Shown: positions 1-9,799, counted from the first letter of the stretch. The stretch is DNA of 64,000 nt from an uncultured Candidatus Saccharimonas sp. (GCA_963524215.1 CAURDS010000001.1:99625-163624), one strand, 5' to 3'. The notes: generated by a model from the letters alone, not told the origin. A program made the numbers and translations.

Positions 1-2
1 TC

Positions 3-698
3 GACTCTATTAAACAGAATTATATAGATTCAAAAGATAAAGAATTATTCCGTGCATCAGGTTTAACTGTATATTGCGGTTGGCAAGGTTCAGGAAAAAC
101 ACTATCAGCCGTAAAGCACGTTTATAATCTTATGGTTCGTTATCCAAAAGCAATTTTAGTCACGAATTTAGAGTTTAATTCTGATTTACCGAACAAAATT
201 ATAACTTTCAAAAATCACGATGATTTGCACCGTTTATTGGTTGAAGTTAATAACAACAAATACGGCGTTATCTACTTAATAGATGAAATACACACATATT
301 TTAATGCGTTAGAGTCTAAAGATATACCACCGTATATTTTTACCGAAATTTCACAACAGCGCAAACAGCGTAAAGCTATTATAGGCACTTCCCAACTATT
401 CTTGCGTATGGCAAAACCTTTCAGGGAGCAAGCAAACTATTTAGTTATGTGTTCTACTCACGGCAATATTTTTACTGTTAATAAAGTTTATGATGCACAT
501 AAACTCACAACTGATTACTCAGGGCAACTTATCGGACACGCAATTAAAATGGGTTTTTTCTTTCATTCAGAAAAATTACGCAATATGTACGACACCCTTC
601 AAAAGGTTGTATCAGGAAAAGCAGAATTTGAAGATTTTCAGACAATTAATGTAGAACAGAAAAAACGAAAAGGTTTTCGCGTCACCGCAAGTCGATGA
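3..698 (+). CDS. Zot/pI-like morphogenesis ATPase (5' end outside the window)
   Basis: Frame is open from base 3 and holds Walker A (CGWQGSGKT) upstream of the tracked start at 132. Walker B YLIDEIH and QQRK...GTSQ motif are typical of Zot/pI. Confidence 0.85.
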   Translation, partial: DSIKQNYIDSKDKELFRASGLTVYCGWQGSGKTLSAVKHVYNLMVRYPKAILVTNLEFNSDLPNKIITFKNHDDLHRLLVEVNNNKYGVIYLIDEIHTYFNALESKDIPPYIFTEISQQRKQRKAIIGTSQLFLRMAKPFREQANYLVMCSTHGNIFTVNKVYDAHKLTTDYSGQLIGHAIKMGFFFHSEKLRNMYDTLQKVVSGKAEFEDFQTINVEQKKRKGFRVTASR

Positions 699-715
699 CG
701 CGGACGCGAAAACCT
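671..715. other. 13-bp perfect stem-loop overlapping the Zot 3' end
   Basis: AGGTTTTCGCGTC (671-683) pairs with GACGCGAAAACCT (703-715). Confidence 0.75.
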
Positions 716-745
716 CAATAACGATCATCATTTAAAGGAGAAAAT

Positions 746-1012
746 ATGTTATACGAACTTAAAATTACTCGTAAATTTCAATACACGTTATATCACAACC
801 GAACACCCCTTGCTCATTACAGAACTAAAAAAGACGCAAAAACCGCATTATTAGTTATTAGACAGCGTTTTGAACTTCTCGATAAATTACAGAATGTTAT
901 GAAAATACAAACAAGTTTATTTTGTGGGGACACTCATTTAGCCGTTTATCAGTATTGTCCAGATTTTGAAATTAAACACTGTTTCAAAATTAAACGCGAA
1001 CAAATCGCGTAA
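746..1012 (+). CDS. Hypothetical phage protein (88 aa)
   Basis: AAGGAG SD before the ATG; lies between Zot and Rep. Confidence 0.7.
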   Translation: MLYELKITRKFQYTLYHNRTPLAHYRTKKDAKTALLVIRQRFELLDKLQNVMKIQTSLFCGDTHLAVYQYCPDFEIKHCFKIKREQIA

Positions 1013-1013
1013 T

Positions 1014-1059
1014 TGTGGCGGGGCGTTCCCGCTTGCGGGAACCCTTGTCAAGAGCCACA
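1014..1059. other. GC-rich hairpin upstream of rep, candidate replication origin
   Basis: GTTCCCGC-TT-GCGGGAAC (1025-1042) inside an outer TGTGGC/GCCACA pair. Confidence 0.5.
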
Positions 1060-1097
1060 CTTAACACACAAAACGCTAATTTAAGGAGATTATTTAT

Positions 1098-2018
1098 ATG
1101 CAAGCTTTGCGCTCTCAAACCTCAAACCTTTTGAAGTCGATCTTTGAATCTAATAAGGAGATCAAATTTAAAGAAATATGCTCATATGCTAAAATTTATC
1201 CAGATTCAATCAAAATCATCAAATATCACCGCCCTGTTGTTTTTACTAACTTTTCAGATCGTGGCACTTCTGCTATCTTGATGAACGAAGAAAACTCAGA
1301 AGAAAATGATTATCTGCAAAAGTCGATTAATCGCACAAAAACTAAAATATCAGATTACGTACTGTGTAACAATTTTTCGCATTTTGCTACCTTCACTTTT
1401 GACCCTTCGAACTCTAAAGTAAACGGCGAAGAAAACCGCCACGACTTTCAAAAGATGTCTTCCCTACTCAAAAACTGGCTTAAAACCGAACAACTCAACC
1501 ATTTAAGGCGACACGGTCGAAGATTTCGCTATCTAATCGTTCCAGAACGGCACAAAAACGGTGCTTGGCACTTCCACGCTCTACTCGAAGACTATCAAAA
1601 CGAAACGGAAGGCTTTTACACTCGAAAAAACAAATATATCACTGTATCTGAACTTAAAAAAACCAAAAAAGAAAAAGATCGCAAATTCATTACAAGATAT
1701 AAGCTTGGGCGATCCGAAATAGCTCCTATTAAAGATAAAACGAAGATGTCAAGCTATATCAAAAAATATATTACAAAAGAACTTATTCAAGATAAAAACG
1801 CTAAACGCTACTGGGCAAGTCGAAACCTTAAAACTCCTGAAATTATACCAAACTTTATTTCAGAACATCAAAAAATACCTGAACAATTCCTAACCGCCAA
1901 ACACGACTACCACGATATTTATATAATTCCAAAAGAATCTTCATATTTCAGCTTTTCTCAATATGTAAATAAACTCGAAAATCACTTTAAACGTGAAAAT
2001 TTATGCATAAAAATATAA
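1098..2018 (+). CDS. rep: HUH rolling-circle replication initiator
   Basis: Motif I FATFTF, motif II WHFHAL, motif III YIKKY with two Tyr; AAGGAG SD. Confidence 0.85.
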   Translation: MQALRSQTSNLLKSIFESNKEIKFKEICSYAKIYPDSIKIIKYHRPVVFTNFSDRGTSAILMNEENSEENDYLQKSINRTKTKISDYVLCNNFSHFATFTFDPSNSKVNGEENRHDFQKMSSLLKNWLKTEQLNHLRRHGRRFRYLIVPERHKNGAWHFHALLEDYQNETEGFYTRKNKYITVSELKKTKKEKDRKFITRYKLGRSEIAPIKDKTKMSSYIKKYITKELIQDKNAKRYWASRNLKTPEIIPNFISEHQKIPEQFLTAKHDYHDIYIIPKESSYFSFSQYVNKLENHFKRENLCIKI

Positions 2019-2019
2019 C

Positions 2020-2050
2020 AGTTATCATCTTGATTTATCAAGTGATAACT
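2020..2050. terminator. Hairpin after rep (terminator or origin element)
   Basis: AGTTATCA-T-CTTGAT-TT-ATCAAG-TGATAACT. Confidence 0.55.
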
Positions 2051-2100
2051 CCTTATTTTAATTTATTGAAATAAGCTTATTCTTGATGTATAATATTCTT

Positions 2101-2709
2101 ATGGTTAAATTTGCGATTTCGTTATATATTTTTATTCTGATTATCGTGGTTATCGCTATTGTATTAAGAAATAAAATTAAATCTGAAGAGATTAAAAAAT
2201 ATAATGAAACTCTTGAAGAAAAAAGACAAGAAGGCTTTTATAAAATAGTTCCAGTTACTGTTAGAGATCTTGAAACTAAAACTGTTAAAGAAGAAAAGCC
2301 AAAAGTTCATCGTTCTAAATATAGATACTATAAGAAAAAAATAATGACAGATCGTGAAATTATTTTTTTCAAAAAATTAAATAGAGTTATTCCCCGTGGA
2401 TTTATAGTTATACCTCAAGCTCACCTTTCTTCTTTTTTTGGTGTTCAATCTGGGCAAGCTTTTAAGTATGCGTTTTTACATATAAATCAGAAGTCTGTTG
2501 ATTTTGTTATTTGTGATATTGATGATTTTATGCCTGTTATTGCTTTAGAACTTGATGATAGAACGCATATGAATAAAAATAGGCGTGAAAGAGACATTGA
2601 AGTTAATGCTATTTTTAGGGATTCTCACCTTCCCCTAATTCGTGTATGGTCTATAAATGTTAGTGATGAAAAATTAAGACAAGCTTTATATTCTCGGTTG
2701 TACAGATAA
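2101..2709 (+). CDS. DUF2726-like protein with N-terminal TM helix (phage accessory gene)
   Basis: N-terminal hydrophobic helix; SVDFVIC...IALELDD.H...RD..VN pattern. TATAAT lies 6 nt before ATG 2101, which favours this start. Confidence 0.75.
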   Translation: MVKFAISLYIFILIIVVIAIVLRNKIKSEEIKKYNETLEEKRQEGFYKIVPVTVRDLETKTVKEEKPKVHRSKYRYYKKKIMTDREIIFFKKLNRVIPRGFIVIPQAHLSSFFGVQSGQAFKYAFLHINQKSVDFVICDIDDFMPVIALELDDRTHMNKNRRERDIEVNAIFRDSHLPLIRVWSINVSDEKLRQALYSRLYR

Positions 2710-2924
2710 ATAAAAATGGTGTAAAATAAACAACATTTTTTATGTAATTTTATGTTATAATATTTATATCTAACACTTTTAAAAAGTATATATTTTAACA
2801 TAAACTTGACAAACACACAAAAAAGATATATTGTGCGACGCTTCTTGTATTTCCTTTTTGAGTATGCTGTGCTATTATGTTTTTGTAATTAAAAAATATA
2901 ATTTTCAAGGAGAAAAAATAAATT

Positions 2925-3159
2925 ATGCAAGAAAAAATTTTAAATCAAGACAATATCATTTCAGCAGTTTCCCCGTGTAGCACTTCGAACTCAAAAATCT
3001 GAAAAAACTGGAAATTATTTTACTATTCTAACTCTTCGATTCAAAAATGGTTTAGAAATTGATTATTTTGTAGATAAAAAAGATAAATTTGGTCTTATGG
3101 ACGCTATCAAATCAATTTCACAATCAGATAAAATCGATAACTTTCTAAACGAGGACTAA
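2925..3159 (+). pseudogene. Frameshifted ~77-aa phage gene, possibly a pV-like ssDNA-binding protein
   Basis: AAGGAG SD and ATG at 2925. Removing one C from CCCC (2971-2974) gives a single ORF to TAA at 3157-3159 (MQEKILNQDNIISAVSRVALRTQKSEKTGNYFTILTLRFKNGLEIDYF...NED). Confidence 0.6.
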
Positions 3160-3233
3160 CAGACTATGTGAAACTTAAACTGTTAGCCCAAGCTCGCAAA
3201 AAAACAAAAAGCGAACAAAAATATAATACATGT

Positions 3234-4412
3234 TTACTGCCAACCTATTGAGCCCATTGAATTTCCGACCGCAACAATCCAAGATTGGCCTCGATTTATT
3301 TTAAAGTTTGAACCATCATTATTTTGTAAAATCAACGGGGAGCTTTCACTTGATTTTACCCATTTTACCTCTTGAGCTACTCCATCTTGAAATACAATAG
3401 CTACTCCACTACCAATATTCCCGTAGACATTATGATATCTGTCTGTAGCTAGTCTGTTTTCCATTTTTAAAACAATTAGGGTTTTCGTTGAGATTTGAAT
3501 TCCATTTGCATCTGTATGAGCAACTCCGGCCTGACTTCGCAAATAGCAATTACAGTTTTCTCGGTAAACATAGGTTGAATTATAAGAAAAACCTGAAATA
3601 TTAACCTGAATTTGTGTTGCATTCTTCTCTTTTACTGGTGAGTCTTCTTTTCGACTAAAACCTTCAAAATTCGAAGAATTCCAACCTTTCGAAGAGCCTA
3701 ATGTTGATAAATTTGTAAAATTCGTATAGACATTATGAGGCGCGTAGCGATTTTTTGAACGCCAAAAGGTCTGTGTGTTTAAGAACTCATCCATATCCTT
3801 ATGTTTGCCGTCTCGCATTCTCGCCAAAGCATCTCCTGGCCCACCAACATGGGCAACCGAGGCATCAAATCCTGAAGCCCAATCAATATAATAACTGCGA
3901 ACGCTTCTAACGGGCCCCAATAGTTCAGGCTTATTTTGCTGATATAGAGCCAAAAAACGTGTAATTCCACCTTCAGCAATTGCTTCAAAAACAACCTCAG
4001 CTTGGCTTAATCCAGATTGTGGTCTTGCTGGAATCGAATTTTCGATCATAACACCAAAAACTGGTGCGTTTTCGAGCGATTTTTCAGAAACTTCAACTCC
4101 AGATAATTTTGAATAAAATTTTTCTGGTTTAGCTTTCTTTTTTGGCTCGGTTTTTTGGCTTTTTGGGGCTGGATTTTTCACGGGTGCGCTTTCTGGTTTT
4201 CTAAAAAAGAACAAAAAACTAAAAACAATAACCAAAATCAAAAATATTACACCAATAATTAAACTAATTTTTTGTTTTTTTGACAAATTCGAAAGTGAAA
4301 AACGTGATTTTTTAGGATTATCTAATAAAGCTTTCTCTTTTTGAGGATTTTTCTTTATTCTTTCAATATTTTTCTCAGCTTTATCTTGGCGAGTCCTCTT
4401 CATTTCAATCAT
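3234..4412 (-). CDS. DUF3048 (YerB-like) membrane-anchored protein
   Basis: VMIENS..ARPQSGL..A.VVFE...EGGITRF and GPVRS motifs; one TM helix. Confidence 0.85.
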   Translation of the reverse strand: MIEMKRTRQDKAEKNIERIKKNPQKEKALLDNPKKSRFSLSNLSKKQKISLIIGVIFLILVIVFSFLFFFRKPESAPVKNPAPKSQKTEPKKKAKPEKFYSKLSGVEVSEKSLENAPVFGVMIENSIPARPQSGLSQAEVVFEAIAEGGITRFLALYQQNKPELLGPVRSVRSYYIDWASGFDASVAHVGGPGDALARMRDGKHKDMDEFLNTQTFWRSKNRYAPHNVYTNFTNLSTLGSSKGWNSSNFEGFSRKEDSPVKEKNATQIQVNISGFSYNSTYVYRENCNCYLRSQAGVAHTDANGIQISTKTLIVLKMENRLATDRYHNVYGNIGSGVAIVFQDGVAQEVKWVKSSESSPLILQNNDGSNFKINRGQSWIVAVGNSMGSIGWQ

Positions 4413-4460
4413 AAAAATCTCGTATTATAAAATCAATTATAATACTTATGTTTTTAAAAA

Positions 4461-5267
4461 TCAAGATGATATTGCTGTGATCGCAGCTTTTGACCTCTGG
4501 TTTTTATTCCAAATTTGCCAAACCGCAATTTTTGTAGGAATTTCACCCGACCAGATTTGGATAGGGGAAAGCTTTCCCAGGTTTACATTAGAATTTAGCG
4601 GAGATGAAAAAACTTCGCCATTTTCAGAAATAATAAAGTTTTCGTTATTTAAAGTTAAGATTTGAGCAGGATAAGAAAGTGTAAATTTGTGCAGAACTTC
4701 AACAATATTCGAAAGATTCATAGAGAAAGTTAGAACTTTTGGGTAAAAAACTTTCGAAAAAATCTTTTGAAGTTGTGCAAAGCTTGCCAAGATACTTATA
4801 TTCTCTTTTAATAAAATCTCGCTAAAAGAATCAAGTAAAATATCAACTGCATCGCGAGCGATAAGAACAGGCTTCTCGCTTTCAAGAATAAATTTTTCGA
4901 AAAGAATTGCTGTTTCGGAGTTTTTGTTCGTGTCGCCAATAAATAAAATAGAATCCGCCCACTTTTCCCCAGCTTTAAAAACTGCCCAAGCTTCATTCGA
5001 AAATCCACCAGAAAGATTACTTTTTGCAAAGATTAGCTCGCTTGAATCAATTTTAATGTCTTTTTTTAAACTATCTGGTAATAAAATTCTAACCTCCCCA
5101 ACGCCAGTCTTTAGAGCAGTTTGGTGAGAAGTTGCAAGTCCGCGAAAAGCCCCTGCTCCGCCGCCGATAATCAAAAGTTTGCCCGCATGTCCTTTTTGCT
5201 CAGGTTTATTCCAAGCAATTTCAGGAAAAAGTAATTTCGAAGATTGAACTTGCCAAAAATCAAACAT
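4461..5267 (-). CDS. Divergent YjeF-C / NAD(P)HX dehydratase-like protein
   Basis: KGHAGKLLIIGG N-terminal motif; rest is divergent. Confidence 0.6.
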   Translation of the reverse strand: MFDFWQVQSSKLLFPEIAWNKPEQKGHAGKLLIIGGGAGAFRGLATSHQTALKTGVGEVRILLPDSLKKDIKIDSSELIFAKSNLSGGFSNEAWAVFKAGEKWADSILFIGDTNKNSETAILFEKFILESEKPVLIARDAVDILLDSFSEILLKENISILASFAQLQKIFSKVFYPKVLTFSMNLSNIVEVLHKFTLSYPAQILTLNNENFIISENGEVFSSPLNSNVNLGKLSPIQIWSGEIPTKIAVWQIWNKNQRSKAAITAISS

Positions 5268-6144
5268 CTTTAAGCTCCAACGAAATTGGACAATGATCGC
5301 TCCCCATAATTTCGTTATGAATTTCGGCTTTATTTTTTTCTGAATTTAATGATTTTGAAACAACAAAATAATCAATCCGCCAGCCAACATTTCGTTCGCG
5401 AGATTTTGCAAAATGGCTCCACCAAGTGTAAATTTCAGCCTTTTCTAGGTTTTGATTTCGAAAAATATCAAATAAATCGGCTTTTAAGAAATTAGAAAAT
5501 CCAAGTCGCTCTTCATCTGTAAAGCCATGTTTTCCGCGATTAGCTTTTGGGTTCGAAAGGTCAATTTCCTCGTGTGCAACATTTAAGTCACCACAAAAGA
5601 TAACCGAACTCGGCTTAAAAATATCTTGAGGATTTTCTTCAATAATTTCTGAATTTTCTGCAAAATCTTCTTTTGAAAAATCGCCATTTTCTAGACCTTT
5701 CGAAAAAGCCAAAAAAGCTGCATCCCAATTTTCTCGTAATTTCAAGCGACCCAAATCATTTTTAGTATTTGGAGTATAAACTGTAATTAGCCAAAAATTA
5801 TTAAATTTTGCAGCACAAATTCGCCCTTCAGTTGTGGCATCGCCAAAATTATCACTAAGTTCAAAATTTTCTAAAATTTTTTTTGGGAAATTTCGTAAAA
5901 TTGCTTGCGGTTTTTGCTTTGACCAGATTGCCGTTCCCGCATAGCCTTTTCGTTCGGCGTGAGAATAAAATTTAAAATATTCAGGATATTTTTTGTCAAA
6001 GTTCTCTTTCGAAATTTGTGTTTCGTCAATTTTTATCTCTTGAAAACATGCGATATCGGGATTTTTTAGGCTTAAAAATTCCGCTAAATTCCCCTTTTTT
6101 TCGACCGCACGAATTCCATTAATATTCCAAGAAAAAATTTTCAT
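5260..6144 (-). CDS. xth: Exodeoxyribonuclease III (AP endonuclease)
   Basis: SWNINGIRA, QEIK, GDLNVAH, GWRIDY, SDHCP motifs. Confidence 0.95.
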   Translation of the reverse strand: MKIFSWNINGIRAVEKKGNLAEFLSLKNPDIACFQEIKIDETQISKENFDKKYPEYFKFYSHAERKGYAGTAIWSKQKPQAILRNFPKKILENFELSDNFGDATTEGRICAAKFNNFWLITVYTPNTKNDLGRLKLRENWDAAFLAFSKGLENGDFSKEDFAENSEIIEENPQDIFKPSSVIFCGDLNVAHEEIDLSNPKANRGKHGFTDEERLGFSNFLKADLFDIFRNQNLEKAEIYTWWSHFAKSRERNVGWRIDYFVVSKSLNSEKNKAEIHNEIMGSDHCPISLELKDV

Positions 6145-6624
6145 CTAATACCTCTTTAACATTCTTGCATTTTCGCGTTCAGATTGGCGACGTTTTAAAG
6201 TTTCACGCTTGTCATATTGTTTTTTACCTTTTCCAAGCGCAATCACAATTTTAATAAAGCGACCTTCGGCTAAAATTTTAACTGGTACAATTGTAAAACC
6301 TGCCTTCTTTTGGCTCGAAAAATCCTTAATTTGTTTGCGAGTTACGAGTAGTTTTTTGGGTGAAGTGTCAATTGTATCAGCTTTCGAAATTCCCTCGCCC
6401 TGATTTTTGAGTGAAAAGCTTGCGTTATTGAGCCAAAGTTCTTCACCTCTTCGCCCGTTTCGAAGAGTTACAAAAGCGCCCTTTAAACTAACACGGCCAC
6501 CACGCACCGCACGAACTTCAACTCCACGCAAGCTCATTCCAGCGACAAGCTCATCACCAAGTTCATAATCGAACCGCGCTCGACGATTAATAATATTTTT
6601 AGCAGAAGTTTTTGCCTTTTTCAT
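6145..6624 (-). CDS. smpB: SsrA-binding protein SmpB
   Basis: NRRARFDY...G.EV and GKGKKQYDKRE motifs. Start set at ATG 6624, 7 nt after TGTTATAAT. Confidence 0.95.
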   Translation of the reverse strand: MKKAKTSAKNIINRRARFDYELGDELVAGMSLRGVEVRAVRGGRVSLKGAFVTLRNGRRGEELWLNNASFSLKNQGEGISKADTIDTSPKKLLVTRKQIKDFSSQKKAGFTIVPVKILAEGRFIKIVIALGKGKKQYDKRETLKRRQSERENARMLKRY

Positions 6625-6877
6625 CTTAAAAATTATAACATTTTTAGTTGATGTTTTCAATTGAGCGTATCGAAAAAAACTTAATAAACTTAAGTACGGT
6701 CAAAATTACGAGGAGAATTATGCCAAATATTAAGACTGAATTTAGTATTTCAATTATAAGGTCGATTTCGTGAAGAACGTTCCTGGATAAGAGGGTTTTA
6801 TTAGCAGATTGATTGTAAAACAACTGATTCTATATTTAAAAAAGTTATAAGATTATTTTTTAGTTAATAATGGATAT

Positions 6878-8764
6878 TTAGCCAATATTAAATTTATCAA
6901 ATATCCCTTTTGCTAGTGCGTAAAGTTTAGGCGCTTTTTCTTCGGTGATTGACTTCTGGTCATATTCAGCAATCTTAGTCTTTATGTCGGTTATAATGAT
7001 CTTTAGCTTTAATTTCTTATCTTTTTTTGAGGTAGTTGTATCTCCTGATGTAATATAATTATAGTGTTCAACTATCTGATCACAGAAAGGCTCGGTATCA
7101 TTAAGTGTTATAGCACTGTCTAAATTATGGCTATTAAGCACTTCTTTGGTCTTACTTTCTACAAACTCTCTCGGAAGTGTGTCTTCTATAGTTCCATTCG
7201 CTGTAATGTTTCCATTAAGATCGCGAATGGTAAATGTCTTACTTTTAAAGTCATCGCCTATCTCGACGATTTTTTTCTTATATTCCTTTCCGTCCTTGTC
7301 GTCATCGACAATAACCATAGGGGTAACGTTGTTCAAAAGCAGAATTGAAGAAAGGGCCTCTATGTTCGAACCGTTTCCATTTGTTATCAAGATATCATTA
7401 TCGCTCTTAACTTGTTTTAAGGCTTTCTGTAGTAATTTTCTATCAGTTGCACCTTCGACAAGTAATTTGTGTGGCGCTAAAAAGTCGGTAATTACGTTTA
7501 TACCAAAAGCTGATTGTAAAATTTCATCATCATTTATATCTTCATAGCTTGTTATGTGATGTGCTTCCGTTAGGCCTGCCTTATTTTTGGTAAGTAAATA
7601 GTGTCTTTCTTGTGTATTCTTGTCAAGCATAAAATTAGAATGAGTTGAGATGAATAAATAATTGTGTTTTCCAATTTCTATAAGCTCCTTAAGCATCCAA
7701 CGAACACCAGAAGGGTGCAAATGAATCTCAGGTTCGTCTATCAATATCAAATGATCCTCGATATCACCAGATGCGCTACTAATAGATAGACTGAGTAGTA
7801 GAGAGACGAATTGTTTAAAACCTTGACTTCTGTCGGCCATATCGTAATAGTTATCCGTATCACACTTGTCTTTAACTGCTACTGATAGCTCTAGTGTGCT
7901 ACTTTCTATTTCTACATCGATTTCTATTTCATGCTCTTTCCACTTATCATTTAGATATTTCGTTGTCTCCGAGCTAATTTTTTTCACCAGTTTTTTACGT
8001 TTTTTATCTGAATTATCAATATCGTTAATCTTAGACTTAATTTCAGATTGATCTTTACAACCAGCTAGATAAAACATATTTTTTAAGGGCACGTTGATAT
8101 CTGGATTATCGGCAAAAGTTTTAAGATTAATTTTCCCCTTAATAAGGTATTTTTCTTGGTAAGCCCAGTGGTCTACAGGGATATTTATTGTATTCACGAA
8201 GTTCCATAATGCCGACTTTATAATATCTTTAAATTTTTCACTTGTAAGTTGCGTGTAAGATTCTTTTTCTTCATCAGTTAGCTCGCTATTAAGCTTTATG
8301 GTATATAGTGCTGTGGGCTCAGCTGCAGTCTCGATAAAGCTGTACTTATTAACTGCTATTTTGCTCATCTCGCAATCATAGTCGACAGCATATTTATCTA
8401 GATCGCTCTGAAGATATATTTCTTTTGACATTTTTGTGATATTTATTTCATCAGCAAGCTCGTCAGGTATTGTAATTGCTTGCTTAATAGCGCTTCTATA
8501 GTCGTCGGTGTCTTCGATACTGAAATCAAAAATTATAGATACTCTATCTGGTTCTTGTTGCTGGTTTTGTATCTTGTGAAAATATACTGTTTCTTTATGG
8601 CCTGGTGTCGCTATAGCATCAAGTACGTTGCTTTTACCTGCTTCGTTCTTGCCGATTAAAATTGTAGTATAACTTTCATTGTTATCTTCGCCATATTTTC
8701 TCACAGGAAAATCCAATTTATCTATAGATTTGTAGCCTCGAATCTTTATCTCTCTCAGTTTCAT
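6878..8764 (-). CDS. OLD-family-like ATP-dependent nuclease (ABC ATPase + TOPRIM)
   Basis: GKNEAGKS, SQGF signature, LIDEPEIHLHP, STHS, then TOPRIM LLVEGATD...VDDD. Confidence 0.8.
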   Translation of the reverse strand: MKLREIKIRGYKSIDKLDFPVRKYGEDNNESYTTILIGKNEAGKSNVLDAIATPGHKETVYFHKIQNQQQEPDRVSIIFDFSIEDTDDYRSAIKQAITIPDELADEINITKMSKEIYLQSDLDKYAVDYDCEMSKIAVNKYSFIETAAEPTALYTIKLNSELTDEEKESYTQLTSEKFKDIIKSALWNFVNTINIPVDHWAYQEKYLIKGKINLKTFADNPDINVPLKNMFYLAGCKDQSEIKSKINDIDNSDKKRKKLVKKISSETTKYLNDKWKEHEIEIDVEIESSTLELSVAVKDKCDTDNYYDMADRSQGFKQFVSLLLSLSISSASGDIEDHLILIDEPEIHLHPSGVRWMLKELIEIGKHNYLFISTHSNFMLDKNTQERHYLLTKNKAGLTEAHHITSYEDINDDEILQSAFGINVITDFLAPHKLLVEGATDRKLLQKALKQVKSDNDILITNGNGSNIEALSSILLLNNVTPMVIVDDDKDGKEYKKKIVEIGDDFKSKTFTIRDLNGNITANGTIEDTLPREFVESKTKEVLNSHNLDSAITLNDTEPFCDQIVEHYNYITSGDTTTSKKDKKLKLKIIITDIKTKIAEYDQKSITEEKAPKLYALAKGIFDKFNIG

Positions 8765-9145
8765 AAACTAATTATATCATATAGTAAAAAATTATAAAAT
8801 GACTAGTAATATTTCATCTGGTTAGGTTGGTAGCGTTTTTTTATAATCGATTGTTATGCTGTCGAATGACTTTGTCGAGATTGTGATTGGTTACATACTC
8901 TATCGAGAGAATATTTGTTTTAAGATCTCCTAAAATTTATAAAAACGTCCGTTTGGGAGACTAAATATCATATTTGGCGTGACTTTATCACGCCGCTAGA
9001 ATCTAAAATCCCCCCTTGCGACCAAGATGTCGTCACTCTAACAGTGCGCCCCCAAAATAATTATAAATACTCATTCAATATAAAAAGCAAGCTAATCATG
9101 ATTAATGTTAAGCTGATTCTTTACTATATATGGTACAATATATTT

Positions 9146-9796
9146 ATGAATAAGGTAAATGTATTACTTACTGGAGCTAATGGCAATCTTTCTAATAACA
9201 GAAAGATGATTATAGACGCCATAAAGACTGCCGAAGAGTATGTATTTTCAAAGTTTAAAGTCGATTGGGATATCGATTTGCTAGTAACTAACCGCTTATA
9301 TGATATCATTATTCCGGAAGATGGAGTCGGCGGGTGCGCTAGGACTTCCGATTTTATTGAATTTGCCATCAATGAAGAAAAAGCAACCAAAAACCTGATT
9401 TCCGAAATGGTGGCGCATGAACTTTGCCACGCCGCTCGCTGGGGCAAAAATGATGAGTGGATTAACTCTTTGTTCGATGGCATGATTAGCGAGGGTATTG
9501 CAACTTATCTTGAAGCAGAGTTTGTCAAAGATCGAGAAGAAAAAACAGTTTTTATCAAAACAATTCTTGAACGAACAGATGATGAGAATGAAAAGATTCT
9601 TGAAAAGCTTTGCGACCAATTAGATTCCAATTATTACGATTACGATACTATATTCTTCAACGGCAACGATGAACTACCACGCTGGTCGGGTTATTCACTT
9701 GGATATTATTTAGTCAAAAAGTATCTCGAGAAAACTAATAAAAAAATCGACGATGCTTTCGCTGACAAATACGCAGAATTCAAGATTGCTTTGTAG
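9146..9796 (+). CDS. DUF2268-like predicted Zn-dependent protease
   Basis: HELCH (HExxH), SEGIAT, W.GY.LGY motifs. TGGTACAAT lies 6 nt before ATG 9146. Confidence 0.8.
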   Translation: MNKVNVLLTGANGNLSNNRKMIIDAIKTAEEYVFSKFKVDWDIDLLVTNRLYDIIIPEDGVGGCARTSDFIEFAINEEKATKNLISEMVAHELCHAARWGKNDEWINSLFDGMISEGIATYLEAEFVKDREEKTVFIKTILERTDDENEKILEKLCDQLDSNYYDYDTIFFNGNDELPRWSGYSLGYYLVKKYLEKTNKKIDDAFADKYAEFKIAL

Positions 9797-9799
9797 ATG

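Larger units (their letters stand above)
1..3200 (+). mobile_element. Integrated inovirus-like (filamentous ssDNA phage) element, right-hand part; left end is outside the window
   Basis: Co-oriented Zot/pI-like ATPase, HUH rolling-circle Rep, small ORFs and intergenic hairpins. Abuts the convergent host DUF3048 gene. Right boundary approximate. Confidence 0.8.

Noticed and set aside
2730..2840. dif-like half sites (TTATGTTATAA, TTTTAACATAA) as a XerCD integration site for the phage
   Set aside because: No matching second arm at 6-bp spacing; equally explained as extended -10 boxes in AT-rich DNA.
6625..6880. tmRNA next to smpB, and the short SD-led ORF at 6720-6773
   Set aside because: No tRNA-like ends or tag frame; the 17-aa ORF has no further support.
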